From Octopus vulgaris (lineage: Eukaryota): a stretch of DNA of 64,000 nucleotides. Numbering within the stretch: position 1 is the first letter of the stretch; the number at the start of each line of letters is the position of its first letter. This document shows positions 40,319 through 52,881 of the stretch, one piece after another. The notes under the pieces are model-generated. The model was not told the DNA's origin and did not search any database. It was given only the letters and a program-made list of their open reading frames with translations. Made by a program: the position numbers and the translations under genes. The stretch lies in NCBI GenBank assembly GCA_951406725.2, contig OX597834.1:12338001-12402000 (forward strand), read 5' to 3'.

Positions 40319-40546
40319 TGTGTGTACGTGTGTGTATATGCTTGTGTGTCTGTATTTGTCCCCCTAACATCGCTTGACGACTGATGCTGGTGTGTTTACG
40401 TCCCCGTAACTTAGCAGTTCGGCCAAAAAGAGGCCGATAGGATAGGTACTAGGCTTACAAAGAATAAGTCCTGGGGTCGATTTCCTCGACTAAAAAAACC
40501 GCTGCTCCAGCATGGCCACAGTCAAATGACTGAAAACAAGTAAAAG
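40072..40546 (+). mobile_element. SINE family B, full length, with expanded internal (TATG)(TA)(GA)(TG) tract
   Basis: Matches the family B unit. Confidence 0.92.
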
Positions 40547-41875
40547 ATTGGATAATATACTCCACGGTACACTATTTACGAAAAACAAAACCGAGTCGGG
40601 ACGGAGAGGAACTAAAAGCCTTTGATCTTTCGTCTGATCGATTAGGTGAAATATATGGGTTAAGCTACAACAACATAATCAATAACCAGAGAGACTTCTA
40701 ATAACTGTTTCTAATTTAGGCGGAAGATCATCAATTTAGAGGGGAGTTTTAGAGGCTACTGTCGACTCCCCTACTTGTCTGGTGCTTTATTTTATCGACC
40801 CTTGTGAGAAGAGAATTGAAGTCGACCTTGGCGCGGTTTGAACCTATAAGATAGCGTTGGAAGAAATACCACACGGTACTTTGTCGGACGCTCTAACGGT
40901 GCTTCCAATCCCTTACAGTATATTCTAGTATTGATTATTTAACTGAGATATATATATTGGTGCATGGCTCAGTGGTTAGTACGTCGAGCTTACGATCGTG
41001 AGGTTGTGGGTTCGATTCCCGGACCGGGCTGCGAGATGTGTTCTTATTTCTTTATTGCCCACAAAGGGTTAAACAGAGAGGGGACAAACAAGGACAGACG
41101 AAGGGATTAAGCCGAATACGTTGACCCCAGTGCGTAACTGGTACTTAATTTAACGACCTTTTCAGAACATACGTTTCAATTTATATTTCTTTCTTTTTTT
41201 TGTTTTTTGCCTTGGCCTTGCCAAAAAGGCACTAATAATAATTGAGTGAACGTTTCATATAATTTATCTTTTATTTCTGGTTTCAATCGTTAGATCGTGG
41301 CCATGCTGAGGCACCGCCTTCAAGAATTTTTCATTGAAAGAATCGACGCCAATACTTTTTTTTAAAACTTGGTTCTATCGGTTCTTTACCCGAAACACAA
41401 ACTTACGGGAACGTAAACACACCAACACCGGTTGTGAAGAGGTGGTGGAGGACAAACGCATGCACATACACATACTTCACAAAATAGTAGTAGTAGTAGT
41501 AGTAGTAGGTGGTGGTGGTGGTGATGATATCGTTGTTGCTGATGGTATCTTTTATTTCATTCAGCTGTGGTTAATAATTATTCTACAGAAAACAGCAATA
41601 TATATTGGCGTCATTCATGTCGTTAAATATGATTAAGTAATATGAGAGGAGATCGTAAGAAGAAAGGAAATAAAAGTATCAGAAACATCCGCGCAGAAGC
41701 AAAGCACAAAGTTGTGCAGAGCAAGCAGTGGCGATCCATGAATCAGTGATCTAGTCTATCATCGGAGAGATAGGGGAGAGGGAGAGAGAGGGAGCAGTTT
41801 TTATACTAGATAATTGGAAAGTGCATGGAACTCGAAGTAGGAAGCTTTGGTTTGCTATCATCGATGAGTACAGAG

Positions 41876-41960
41876 CAGAGGTTCTCAAACTTTTTGGCCC
41901 ATCTCATGTCCACATAATACCCTCAGTGCCCCACCCAAACTTTTATGTATGAATATTTTA
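41876..41960 (+). mobile_element. hAT/Charlie-like MITE left end (partner TIR not found)
   Basis: cagaggttctcaaacttttt resembles the CAG.GGTTCTCAA.CT terminus. Confidence 0.45.
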
Positions 41961-41980
41961 CTAATTTATATATATAATGT

Positions 41981-42270
41981 GGAGGCGCAATGGCCTAGTG
42001 GTTAGGGTAGCGGACTCGCGGTCGTAGGATCGCGGTTTCGATTCCTAGACCGGGCGTTGTGAGTGTTTATTGAGTGAAAACACCTAAAAGCTCCACGAGG
42101 CTCCGGCAGGGGGTGGTGATCCCTGCTGTACTCTTTCACCACACTTTCTCTCACTCTTTCTTCTGTTGGCCTGCTCGTTTAGCCAGCGGGGTGGCGTCAT
42201 TCGAAGGCTAAAACAATGCATTGTGACCAGCGATGTGTAGCAACATCTGATAGTCTGGTCGGTCACGGTG
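41981..42270 (+). mobile_element. SINE family C, full length, tail type 1
   Basis: Intact tRNA-like head ggaggcgcaatggcctagtggttaggg...ggtttcgattcc; flanked by atatatataat. Confidence 0.9.
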
Positions 42271-42576
42271 ATATATATAATATATATAATTTGTATGCAA
42301 TACTATAATAATATTTAATTCTTTATTGCCCACAAGGGGTTAAACATAGAGCGGACAAACATGGACAGACAATTCTATAAGGACGAAAACGACAGACAAT
42401 ACTATAATAATATTATAACCTCTTGTTCTAGGATAGATCGTGTCACACGCTCCAGCAATTCAAACAACAAAACTACGATCAAAATTCCTAACACCGAGGT
42501 CATGCACCTTCGTACCTGACAAACACACAAACACACACGAATGTACCCACCTATATGTAATCATTCTTTGATAAAG

Positions 42577-42608
<32 letters not shown>

Positions 42609-42609
42609 G

Positions 42610-42894
42610 CTAGCAGTATCGCCCGGCGTTGCTCGGGTTTGTAAGGGAAATAATTATAAAGCATTTTTTAGAGAGTTATAGCCAAAAAATAGCAAAAAAA
42701 TGCATTAGAAATGGAAAAAAAATGATTGTAAATTATTTTTACATCGTAGACGCGCGTTAATACCCAGAAGGGCTCGATATGAATCACGACTATAAGATAC
42801 CCGGTTTTGGTTAAACTGCACTGCAAAATGTGGGAGTAGTTAGGAATCTAAATCGTAGGAGACAGACACACAACTTGACTTTTATATATAAAGA
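42610..42894 (-). mobile_element. Complete non-autonomous Helitron
   Basis: Minus strand begins TCtttatatataaaag and ends with the hairpin cccgagcaacgccggg followed by CTAG; it sits in (TA)n. Confidence 0.88.
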
Positions 42895-43862
42895 TATATA
42901 TATATAGAAAGATAGGTAGATAGATAGATAGATACACAAGGCAAGTCAGATACGGTCTAGAGTGTTGAGAAAATGGAATCGCAGAAATTATGGTAAATAG
43001 GCTTCAATCGAAAGAACGTGCAGTCAGTACATAATCATTGACAAAAGAGAAATGGAGGAACAGAGAGAAGAGAGAGTGAGAGAGAGATGGAGAGACAGAC
43101 AGAAGCTAGGACGGAGTGATACATGCAAAGTGAGAGTCATACATACAGAGAAGAAAGATGTGGTGAAAAAAAAAAAAGGTGAAAATTGATATAATTTTGT
43201 TCGTATATATGAAACAGTGAAGTTAAACGGATGAGTGCAGTGGAAAACGGTTTTGTTATTGGCGAAGTGTCGTCTTTGATTATTCTTTGGTCCGGCATCA
43301 ATTGACAACTCTTCTTTGTACACACGATGCACTAAAGACACACACACACTCACAAACACACACAATTCCCTGGCAGTGGCTTTGAAACATATTTCTATTC
43401 GATGTCTCTTTAATCTTCCAGTCAAAATCATGATTGCTAAATGGACACACAGACTCTCATATGGGCACACAATTACATTCTGTCCGAGATCCTATGATCT
43501 TTTTCTAGATTTACTTGCAGATTCCACAACACTTTCTCTCCCTCTCTCTCTCTCCTCGCTCTCTCATCTCACCCATCATCTCTTCATATATGTGTATATG
43601 AAACTGTATATAAAGCAGAGCCGTTACTTCAATCATTACTGATTATCTCAGTTATTCAAACGAATGAAGAGGAGCCGCATGACAATATAAAGCTAAAATA
43701 TATTCTCAATTTATCAAAAGTGCAATGACATTCGAATTGTGATTGCCGATCAAAATTTGCGAAAATCCTACGCACAATCGTCTACGCAATCTTCCATGTG
43801 CAGAACACGAAATATTTTCATCTAAATTTATTTCGTCGACCAATCAAATCTCAGCGCACTGT

Positions 43863-44065
43863 TACTCTTTTACTTGTTTCAGTCATTTGACCGCGGCCAT
43901 GCTGGAGCACCGCCTCTAGTCGAGCAAATCGACCCCGGCACTTATTCTTTGTAAGCCCAGTACTTATTCTATCGGTCTCGTTTGCCGAACCGCTAAGTGA
44001 CGGGGACGTAAACACACCAGCATCGGTTGTCAAGCGATGCTAGGGGAACAAACAGACACACACAA

Positions 44066-44116
<51 letters not shown>

Positions 44117-44267
44117 TACGACAGGCTTCTTTCAGTTTCCGTCTACCAAGTCTACTCACAAGGCATTGGTCGGCCCGGAGCTATAGCAGAAGACACGCAG
44201 TAGGACTGAACCCGGAACCATGTGGTTGGTTAGCAAGCTACTCACCACACAGCTACTCCTGCGCCTA
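43863..44267 (-). mobile_element. SINE family B (young subfamily)
   Basis: Matches the unit, with a short deletion after gaagacac. Confidence 0.92.
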
Positions 44268-44772
44268 TGTTAATTAAGTTTTCAAAAAACAAAAAAAAAA
44301 TAATACTTGATAATATCTGTGCTCAATGCGCGAGGTAGCAGAATCATTAGCATACCAGGCAAAATGCGTAGAGTCATTTCGGCTGTTTATATGTTCTGGG
44401 TTCAATTTACACGGAGACCGATTTTACCTTTCATCCATTTTGGGTTCGTTTTAAATAAACTACCAGTTGAGCAATGGACCCGATATAATCGACTGAGCCC
44501 CCGACACACAAACATTGCTGACCTTATGTCAAAATTTGAAAACTAATGGTCGGTTATGCTGTTTGTAAATATTCGATTTGAGAAGTAACTGATTGTTGAA
44601 TATTGAGCTCACAAGTTCATGCCTCACGTTACGTGTGTGGTTGGTGCCTGCGCGCTCGCTTTGGGGACCGAAGTGCATACGTGCCTGGCTGCCTGCGCGC
44701 ACGTATATGTGTGAGGGAGAGAGGTGGATGGTGTATATATATACACATAAATATATATATAAATATATATAT

Positions 44773-45183
44773 AGGCGCAGGAGTGGCTGTGTGGTAAGTA
44801 GCTTGCTAACCAACCACATGGTTCCGGGTTCAGTCCCACTGCGTGGCATCTTGGGCAAATGTCTTCTGCTATAGCCCCGGGCCGACCAATGCCTTGTGAG
44901 TGGATTTGGTAGACGGAAACTGAAAGAAGCCTGTCGTATATATGTATATATATATGTCTGTGTGTGTTTGTGTGTCTGTGTTTGTCCCCCTAGCATTGCT
45001 TGATAACCGATGCTGGTGTGTTTACGTCCCCGTCACTTAGCGGTTCGGCAAAAGAGACCGATAGAATAAGTACTGGGCTTACAAAGAATAAGTCCCGGGG
45101 TCGATTTGCTCGACTAAAGGCGGTGCTCCAGCATGGCCGCAGTCAAATGACTGAAACAAGTAAAAGAGTAAAGAGTAAAAAGA

Positions 45184-45184
<1 letters not shown>
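44773..45184 (+). mobile_element. SINE family B (young subfamily), full length
   Basis: ggcgcaggagtggctgtgtggtaag...gaaacaagtaaaagagtaaagagtaaaagag. Confidence 0.95.
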
Positions 45185-45228
<44 letters not shown>

Positions 45229-46379
45229 CACACACACACAGACACACACACATATATATATATAATGCATAATATAACGAATAGTTTACAACTGGTTGCA
45301 TACTGGTATAGTACGGTCACTTTCACAGTGATCGTTAGGGATATGGCAAAGGAAAGAAGAATCGATGCGAGATGTATCGAAACAATTGTAGTGATTAATA
45401 ATAAATTCTCGTATATTACATCTTCCAATTTGCCATTTATATACATACATATATATATATATAATTTTCGCAAGCCAATTCAGCGCTGCGACCCGTTCTC
45501 CCGCTCCAACTTCACCGCAAATTTGGGTACTGCCGACAGTAATGTAAGGGATGAGGAGGTAACGAAATCCCGTGGTTTGACCAGCTGCTATGTGTTGCTA
45601 ATGTCGCTGTCGACACCTCAGGTTTTCTCAGACCTCCGCCTTACTGATTTTCCCCGTAAAATCGGGATGACAACTGTTCGTCCGTGAAGCGAGCCCTTCG
45701 TGGTGTCATACCTGTTGCAGCAAATATCGCGGCCATTCGTCGCGGTTATGCTTTTGAAGTTATGTCCGTGACAATACTTTCAGTATTATGCCCATTCCGA
45801 CTGAGGTGTACAACCTTTCTCATCCCCACCACCTCACAGACCATCTCTCGTTGTTTAATTATCCATTTTTTTTTTACTTTGTTGACTTTTTGAAGTAATT
45901 ATACATTTTTTTTTCCTTTTGATAATTTAATCTCTAAAACATCTAAATTTTTTATTCTCTTTACTTTCTTCATTTTTGTTTTCTTTAATCAAATTATATT
46001 TTGTATACGTTTGTTATTTTCAGTCGTATTTTTGAAGTCGAAATGTCAAATCTTTCCTATAATTATATTTTTTTTTTCTTTTCTGTGTTGATCCATAGAT
46101 TAGTAATTTTTACCTCCACAGAAGCAAAACTGATCAAATATTAATCATTGAAATAATTTAATTTTTTACACAAAAGAACGAATATCAAATAACGTAAAAG
46201 AAATTCAACGTCGCCCGTTTGAGATGAATTGAGATGAAAGACTAAACGCTTATACCAGTAAGTTGAAACAGCGGGGAGACTATCATTTCATATTATAATA
46301 AAAAAACATCTGTATTCTAGTTGTATGTTTTTTTTTTTAATCAAGGACTTCCACTATATTCACAATATTGTCTTTTATC

Positions 46380-46816
46380 TTCTACTTGTCATTAGACTGT
46401 AGCCATGCTGGGGCACCGCTTACAAGAATTTTAATCAAACGAATTGACTTCAGTACATACTACTCGTACCTGGCTCATAAGGGCCGGTTTCTCGCTTTCG
46501 CTGGTGTATAGGTTCCCCACCTGGACAGGACGCCGGACCGTCGCAGGCGAGCTGCTAGATACAGGAGCAAAGAGTCAGAGAAAGTTGTGGTTAAAGAGTC
46601 AGCAGAAGTTCGCCATTACCTAGTTCTGGAGCCGCTTGCAGCTTAGGTGTTTCGCTCATAAAGACGCTTCTTTCAGTTTCCGTCTGCCAAAAGCACTCAC
46701 AAGGCTTTATTCGGCCCGAGGCTATAATAGAAGACACTTTCTGAAGGTGTCACGCAATGGGAAAGAACCCGGAACTATGTGGTTGGTAAGCAAGACACCA
46801 CACAGCCACTCCTGCG

Positions 46817-46819
<3 letters not shown>
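46380..46819 (-). mobile_element. Nested SINEs: family C body with a V-domain-like tail (46470-46662) between family B pieces
   Basis: Minus strand: gagcgaaacacctaagct...cacaactttctctgactc...cctgcgacggtccggcgtcctgtccagg. Confidence 0.7.
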
Positions 46820-46872
<53 letters not shown>

Positions 46873-47084
46873 TATATATACACACACACTCACCTTACAG
46901 GCGCGATGGGTAAACTTGCCATTTTCTGTTTTTACTTTCGCGTTGTTCGACTAAAAGCGGTGCTCCAGCATGGCCACAGTCAAATAAATAAAACAAGTAA
47001 AATAGTACTATCGTTGTGGAGAATTCTGAAGAATTTAGAAATGTTCTACGAGAATATTTTCCCATCTAGTTAATATTTATCCTC

Positions 47085-47900
47085 TCCGAGCTCTGGTGCT
47101 TTGAAATTGCACCTTATTGCCGGTGTATCTTAAGGCGTTAAGAATGTGTAGCATTTTTATGGCCAACGTACTTATAGGAGTCTAGCACTTTATATCCTCC
47201 ATGTTTACTATTGAACTTATAAATCACATTGACCGTTAATAACTTGCACACGGTTTTACGTACTTGTGGTTCGTTACTGTCGAGAAGGTTTTCAATTTTA
47301 ATGTTTTGGTAGGATATTATTAGTGTTAATTTATGATCTGGAGCAATGCCTTTTGTGATCTGTTTTACGAGTTCTTTTTCATGGTGTGTTTAACTGTTCC
47401 AAACTTAGTATTTATTTCTTTCATGTAATACACTTTATGTGTGTAATGAGCATTTTTGATAGATTTGGCTTCACATATATTTATGGCGTTGCAATGCTCA
47501 ATGTACTGTATTAGTACATGAGAATAACTATTGTTGACAAGTGTTTGTTTTATTCTCTGGGTTTCTTTAATTCCTGCTTTGGTTGTGAAGTATTATGTAA
47601 ATACGAAGGGATTTTACTTCTGACATTTACTATTGGTGTGGAGATTGGTTATCGTCACATGAATATATGTGTATATATTTGTGTATCGAGCAAACTGGTA
47701 AGATGTATTTCGTAAAGCATTTCAGAATGATGACGTTCAGAAGTTGTATCAGCTTATAAAATACACTAGTCACAAATAACATATAAGTTTCTCAAAGATC
47801 TTGTTTTACACTAATGATGAAAATATAAGCTATAGGATATAATTCCGAATTAATCGTATTCTCCATCCTATTATTTAAAAGACAGTAACAACGTTAATAT
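47085..47900 (-). pseudogene. Second Penelope-like element remnant (RT thumb plus GIY-YIG)
   Basis: Minus strand: RIKQTLVNNSYS (47557-47522), then CKLLTVNVIYKF...SYKYVGH...*RLKIHRQ*GAISKH. These fit the PLE motifs RIKQ.L.NNGY and NV.Y.F.C..Y.G.T..L..RL..H...GAI..H. Left and right limits are approximate. Confidence 0.65.
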
Positions 47901-48144
47901 CCGTCGAGATTTAAGATGAGAGCAAAGAGATCTAAATGGTTTGAGTTAAGATGTTTCGGGGTTCAGAAACAGCTGTAAGGAATTTATGCAACAATATGAA
48001 AAACGTTGTAGACTGTAAAGGTCAAGAAATATAGTTCTCAATCGATGACACAAATGTGTATATCTAGGTGTGTATAAATGGGTGTATCAAGGTATATACA
48101 TCTAAGTAGGAATCACTCTGTCTATCTGTCTGCGTGAGTGTATT

Positions 48145-48408
48145 TGGCTCTTACCGCGCCTAAGGTTAAGCTCAGCTTACGTCGTCAAAATTCGGTTGAC
48201 TTATTTCTAGTAATACTGGTACCACTTTGTAGCCTCTGTCACTGTAGTAGCGTGTATAAATTTGCCTTTTAATTGTTAAATTGCTAAGCCGACCATATTA
48301 TTCATAGTTTTCACATCTACTGTTTTCAAAATCAGCACACGTTTTCAACGGTTTTTCTTATCAGTTGACGAGTTGAGTTGAGCTTAACCCTAGGCGCAGT
48401 CAGAACCA
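48145..48408. mobile_element. MITE with ~43-bp imperfect TIRs
   Basis: tggctcttaccgcgcctaaggttaagctcagc...tcgtcaa pairs with ttgacga...gttgagcttaaccctaggcgcagtcagaacca. No clear TSD. Confidence 0.8.
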
Positions 48409-48583
48409 CTGAAGTGAACTAAGATGTTCTATATTAAAATTTGAAGAATTCGGCCATATGGCTGTGTTTGCAACCGTAGGGATCTTTGTCTCCCTTGTCA
48501 GCTTATTAAGATAGTGCTCTTGTGGCTAATGAGTCGGGACCAAATTACGATCTCTGTCAATTTCGTGATCTCTCTCTCTCTCG

Positions 48584-48640
<57 letters not shown>

Positions 48641-48643
<3 letters not shown>

Positions 48644-48708
48644 TTTGTTGCACTGATGAGCATATTCTGCATTAATTGCGAAATCACAGGTGATATGTAA
48701 CTAAATTC
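48641..48708 (+). ncRNA. Type I hammerhead ribozyme
   Basis: Stem I gagtttgttgca/tgtaac(t)aaattc; CTGATGA at 48653-48659; stem II gca/tgc; GAAA at 48680-48683; stem III tcac-ag-gtga; AUA cleavage triplet with predicted cut after 48695. Confidence 0.8.
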
Positions 48709-49021
48709 TATTTTTTAAATGGATTGCTTTGAAGTTTTGCATTCGGTACAATTTAGTTATTTTAGTAGTTTTGACCGCAAGGGTCCCTCCTAGCGTGCGG
48801 TATCTATGAATAATAGTACCCTCTATATAATATAAATAAATATTTTCAAAGTGGAAAAATTTACGGATTTTTTCTCTTACGAGGTTTTTCACGCTAACTA
48901 CTGATAATTTCTTGTAAAGATTTTATCCTTAATTTTAAATATATATATATACATATACATATCTATAAAAAATCTATCAAAAATGCTCATTACACACATA
49001 AAGTGTAAATATATATGCACG

Positions 49022-49059
<38 letters not shown>

Positions 49060-49410
49060 TATACGTCGGGCTTCTTTCGATTTCCGTCTACCAATTCCAC
49101 TTACAACACTTTAGTTAGCTCGAGGCTATAGTAGAAGAAACTCACCCAAGATGTTACGCAGTTGGACTGAACCATGGGCTATATGGTTGGGAAGCAAGTT
49201 TCTTACATCACAGCCACGCATATATGTGTGTGTGTGTGTGTAAGATATACATGTAATACAGAACAGCAACAGGACCAAGTAGTAATGGAGAGTAAACAAT
49301 TATATATACGCACATTCATACATGCGCACATACGTACATGCGCACGCACATACACACACACACGCACGCACATACACACACACGCACACACACATACACA
49401 CATACACATA

Positions 49411-49448
<38 letters not shown>

Positions 49449-49713
49449 TACACACACACACATACATACACACATACATACACACACACACACGCACATA
49501 CACACGCACATACACACATACACACATACATACGCACATACATATCATGAACTAACTGTTACTTTTTCAGATGCAGCACGAAGCTTTTTCAGTGAACAAT
49601 GTCGCGGTTTCAAAGCGACGAAAATATGTTGACAAATTAAATTTAAATGTTGAAGTAAATCTAACGGTTTATGTGTTTCTTAGATGGTTTATAAACACCT
49701 TCCACGCTGCAAT

Positions 49714-49769
<56 letters not shown>

Positions 49770-49900
49770 CACACAGATACATACATATATAGATATGTAC
49801 ATATATATAAATATATATAATGATATTATTTATCTAGTAATATCAGTGGCTTTAAGATTGGATTAACGTGAAAATACAAACTTCAATGTGCATTAATATC

Positions 49901-50133
49901 TATTTCTTTACTACCCACAAGGGGCTAAACACAGATGGGACAAACAAGGACAGACAAACAGATTAAGTCGATTATATCGACCCCAGTGTGTAACTTGTAC
50001 TCATTTAATCGACCTCGAAAGGATGAAAGGCAAAGTCGACCTCGGCGGAATTCGAACTCAGAACGTAACGGCAGACGAAATACCGCTAAACATTTCGTCC
50101 AGCGTGCTAACGATCTTGCCATCTCATCGCCCT
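49901..50133 (-). mobile_element. SINE family A, full length, with TSD
   Basis: Flanked on both sides by aatgtgcattaatatc. Confidence 0.92.
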
Positions 50134-51148
50134 AAATGTGCATTAATATCGACAACGTTTACTGAGCACTCTTTCGAATACAACAAAGAATTCCTGATTT
50201 TTATTTATCCGTATCCTAACTTTAAAACGCCACTAGTTGAAATTAGCAGGCTGTCATGTTTAAATAACGCCCAATGAATCAGGAGATTTATGTAATATGT
50301 TGTAAGTCTTTATGACTACTTTACATCAATGACTGCAGAAATAATTTAAGCGGATTCCAACCTTCATTTGTTATTTATTACACTTGCACCTCATCATTGG
50401 TACATCGAGGAATTAGATCATAGGTAAATAACTGGAATTGCCCATTTCATGAAAGTTCTATCCAGTACGTATTACGTATAATAGATGCTTACGATGACGG
50501 ATAATGAATTATTTTACTGTCTGTCCTGTGTGATTCATTTAGAATATTAGTGGCTTCTTAACATTGATTTTTAATGATTTGTTCAAAATAAATATGTGCG
50601 TGCCTGTGTGTGGAGTGAGTATGTATTTATATATATATGTGTTTGTGTGTGTGTGAGTACATACATTCATATATAATAATATAAATGATATATAATTATA
50701 TGCATATATATACATACATATATGTACATACCTACATCTATATGTATATATACATGCATATATGGGTACAGGACATCAAAACACTTTGAACACAATGAGA
50801 AACGAAAACATAAAAACAAAAACATGGAAACGAACTTTTTTCAAACAAGGAAAAAACATTCGACACAAGGAATATTCCCCTTCTTCAGTTGTCCCTATTT
50901 CGTCGTCTACGCGTTCCGAAGGTAAGGACAAGACTCAGCTTCGTTGAAACAGTCCTTCCCGCAAAACATTAAGAATAAAACAAGACAGTAAAAAGCAATA
51001 CGAGTAAAAATAGTAAAAGAGAGGACAAGGAGAATAACAGTAAAAACAAACGATGAGGTCTGTAAAGCGAAGACGATGGAAAAATTATTTGAACGCATTC
51101 AGAAGATTGCTTATGAAAGGGACAGGATAAGCCATCTTGTCTCGGTGA

Positions 51149-51539
51149 TGGATGGAAGCACTCCGTCGGTCACGACGACGAGGGTTCCGGTTGATCCGAA
51201 TCAACGGAACAGCCTGCTCGTGAAATTAACGTGTAAGTGGCTGAGCACTCCACAGACACGTGTAACCCTTAACGTAGTTCTCGGGGATATTCAGCGTGAC
51301 ACAGAGAGTGACAAGGCCGGCCCTTTGAAATACAGGTACAACAGAAACAGGAAGTAAGAGTGAGAGAAAGTTGTGGTGAAAGAGTACAGCCGAGATCACC
51401 ACCATCCCCTGCCGGAGCCTCGTGGGGCTTTTAGGTGTTTTCGCTCAATAAACACTTACAATGCCCGGTCTGGGAATCGAAACCGCGATCCTACGACCGC
51501 GAGCCCGTTGTCCTAACCACTGGGCCATTGCGCCTCCAC
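51149..51539 (-). mobile_element. SINE with family C head/body and type 2 tail, TSD tgtctcggtga, nested in the 50763-51640 repeat
   Basis: TSD copies at 51138-51148 and 51540-51550. Confidence 0.9.
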
Positions 51540-51691
51540 TGTCTCGGTGAAGATAGCAGTTGGAAAGATGGCTTCTCTCTGGTCACGTGTCAGTGACGAG
51601 AGAGTCAAGGAGGAGGAGGAGTAAGAGAGAGGAAACGGTGAAAGGGAGACGTACATATACATAGATGCACATATTATACAAACGTATACAT

Positions 51692-51872
51692 ATTTCTTTA
51701 TTACCCACAAGGGGCTAAACACAGAGGGGACAAACAAGGACAGACATAGGTATTAAGTCGATTACATCGAACCTAGTGTGTAACTGGTATTTAATTTATC
51801 GACACCGAAAGGATGAAAGGTAAAGTCGACCTCGGCGGAATTTGAACTCAGAACGTAACGGCAGACGAAATA
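51692..51872 (-). mobile_element. SINE family A, 5'-truncated
   Basis: Core and tail match. Confidence 0.9.
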
Positions 51873-52420
51873 CAACTATGTCATCGTAAATGTTGTTGAA
51901 ATATTATTCAACGCAATCAAATTACTGAATAATCTTCGAATCTTAAGTGGAATAAAATGGTATTTTTTTTGAAAGCCGCTTCTCAAAATTTCATCTTGTT
52001 GAAACGGAGACGTCTAATAATAGGATAAGTGAAGCTTGATTATTTAATGCTAGTTAGTTCTTGGTAGATTACGCTGAAAAACACTTGGTGGGAAATACTT
52101 TTTTCACGTATGAGCACATAAAAACATGTAAAACATTTTCAATAGTAAATAAAAAAATGTACAGAAAACATGTTTCTCCATAAAATATTTACCGGCAAAT
52201 CATCCTAAGCAATCTTGTGTGGTGACATTATGAATGCTCAAATATGAAAATGAATAGCGATCGGTGAACAGAACGATGTTTTCTATGTTGATAATGGTTT
52301 TAAAGGTGAAGAATTACGTAGGTAATATACGCTACAGTGCTTCTGCTTGTAAAAACTAATGTAAATAAGTAATTTTGTCATTGCGTTGTGTAGTATCTGG
52401 TATTGCGTTGTGTAGTATCT

Positions 52421-52789
52421 GCAGCCATGCTGGAGCACCGCCTTTAATCGAGCAACTCGATCCCGGGACTTATTCTTTTGTAAGCCCAGTACTTATTCTA
52501 TCGGTCTCTTTTTGCCGAACAGCTAAGTAACGGGGACATAAACACACCAGCATTGGTTGTCAAGCAATGCTAGGGGACAAACACAGACACACAAAAACAC
52601 ACACGCACATATATATACATATATACGACGGGCTTCTTTCAGTTTCCGTCTACCAAATCCACTCACAAGGCTTTGGTCGGCCCGATGCTATAGTAGAAGA
52701 CACTTACCCAAGGTGCCACGTAGTGGGACTGAACCCGGAACCATACGGTTGGTAGACAAGCTACTTACCACACAGCCACTCCTGCGCCT
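52421..52789 (-). mobile_element. SINE family B (a head-only copy also lies at 53465-53580)
   Basis: Matches the unit. Confidence 0.9.
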
Positions 52790-52831
52790 ATATCTACGTA
52801 TTTAGTTGAGATTGCCATTCAATCCAGTAGT

Positions 52832-52881
<50 letters not shown>

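Noticed and set aside
41981-42055. Possible tRNA genes (also 31676, 40958, 51470-51538)
   Set aside because: Each continues into a SINE body; they are tRNA-derived heads.
50860-50960. Hammerhead-like words on the minus strand (CTGAAGA; also CTGATGA at ~8764 and CTGAAGA at 60529 on +)
   Set aside because: No correctly ordered stems and GAAA could be built; at most these are decayed relics.
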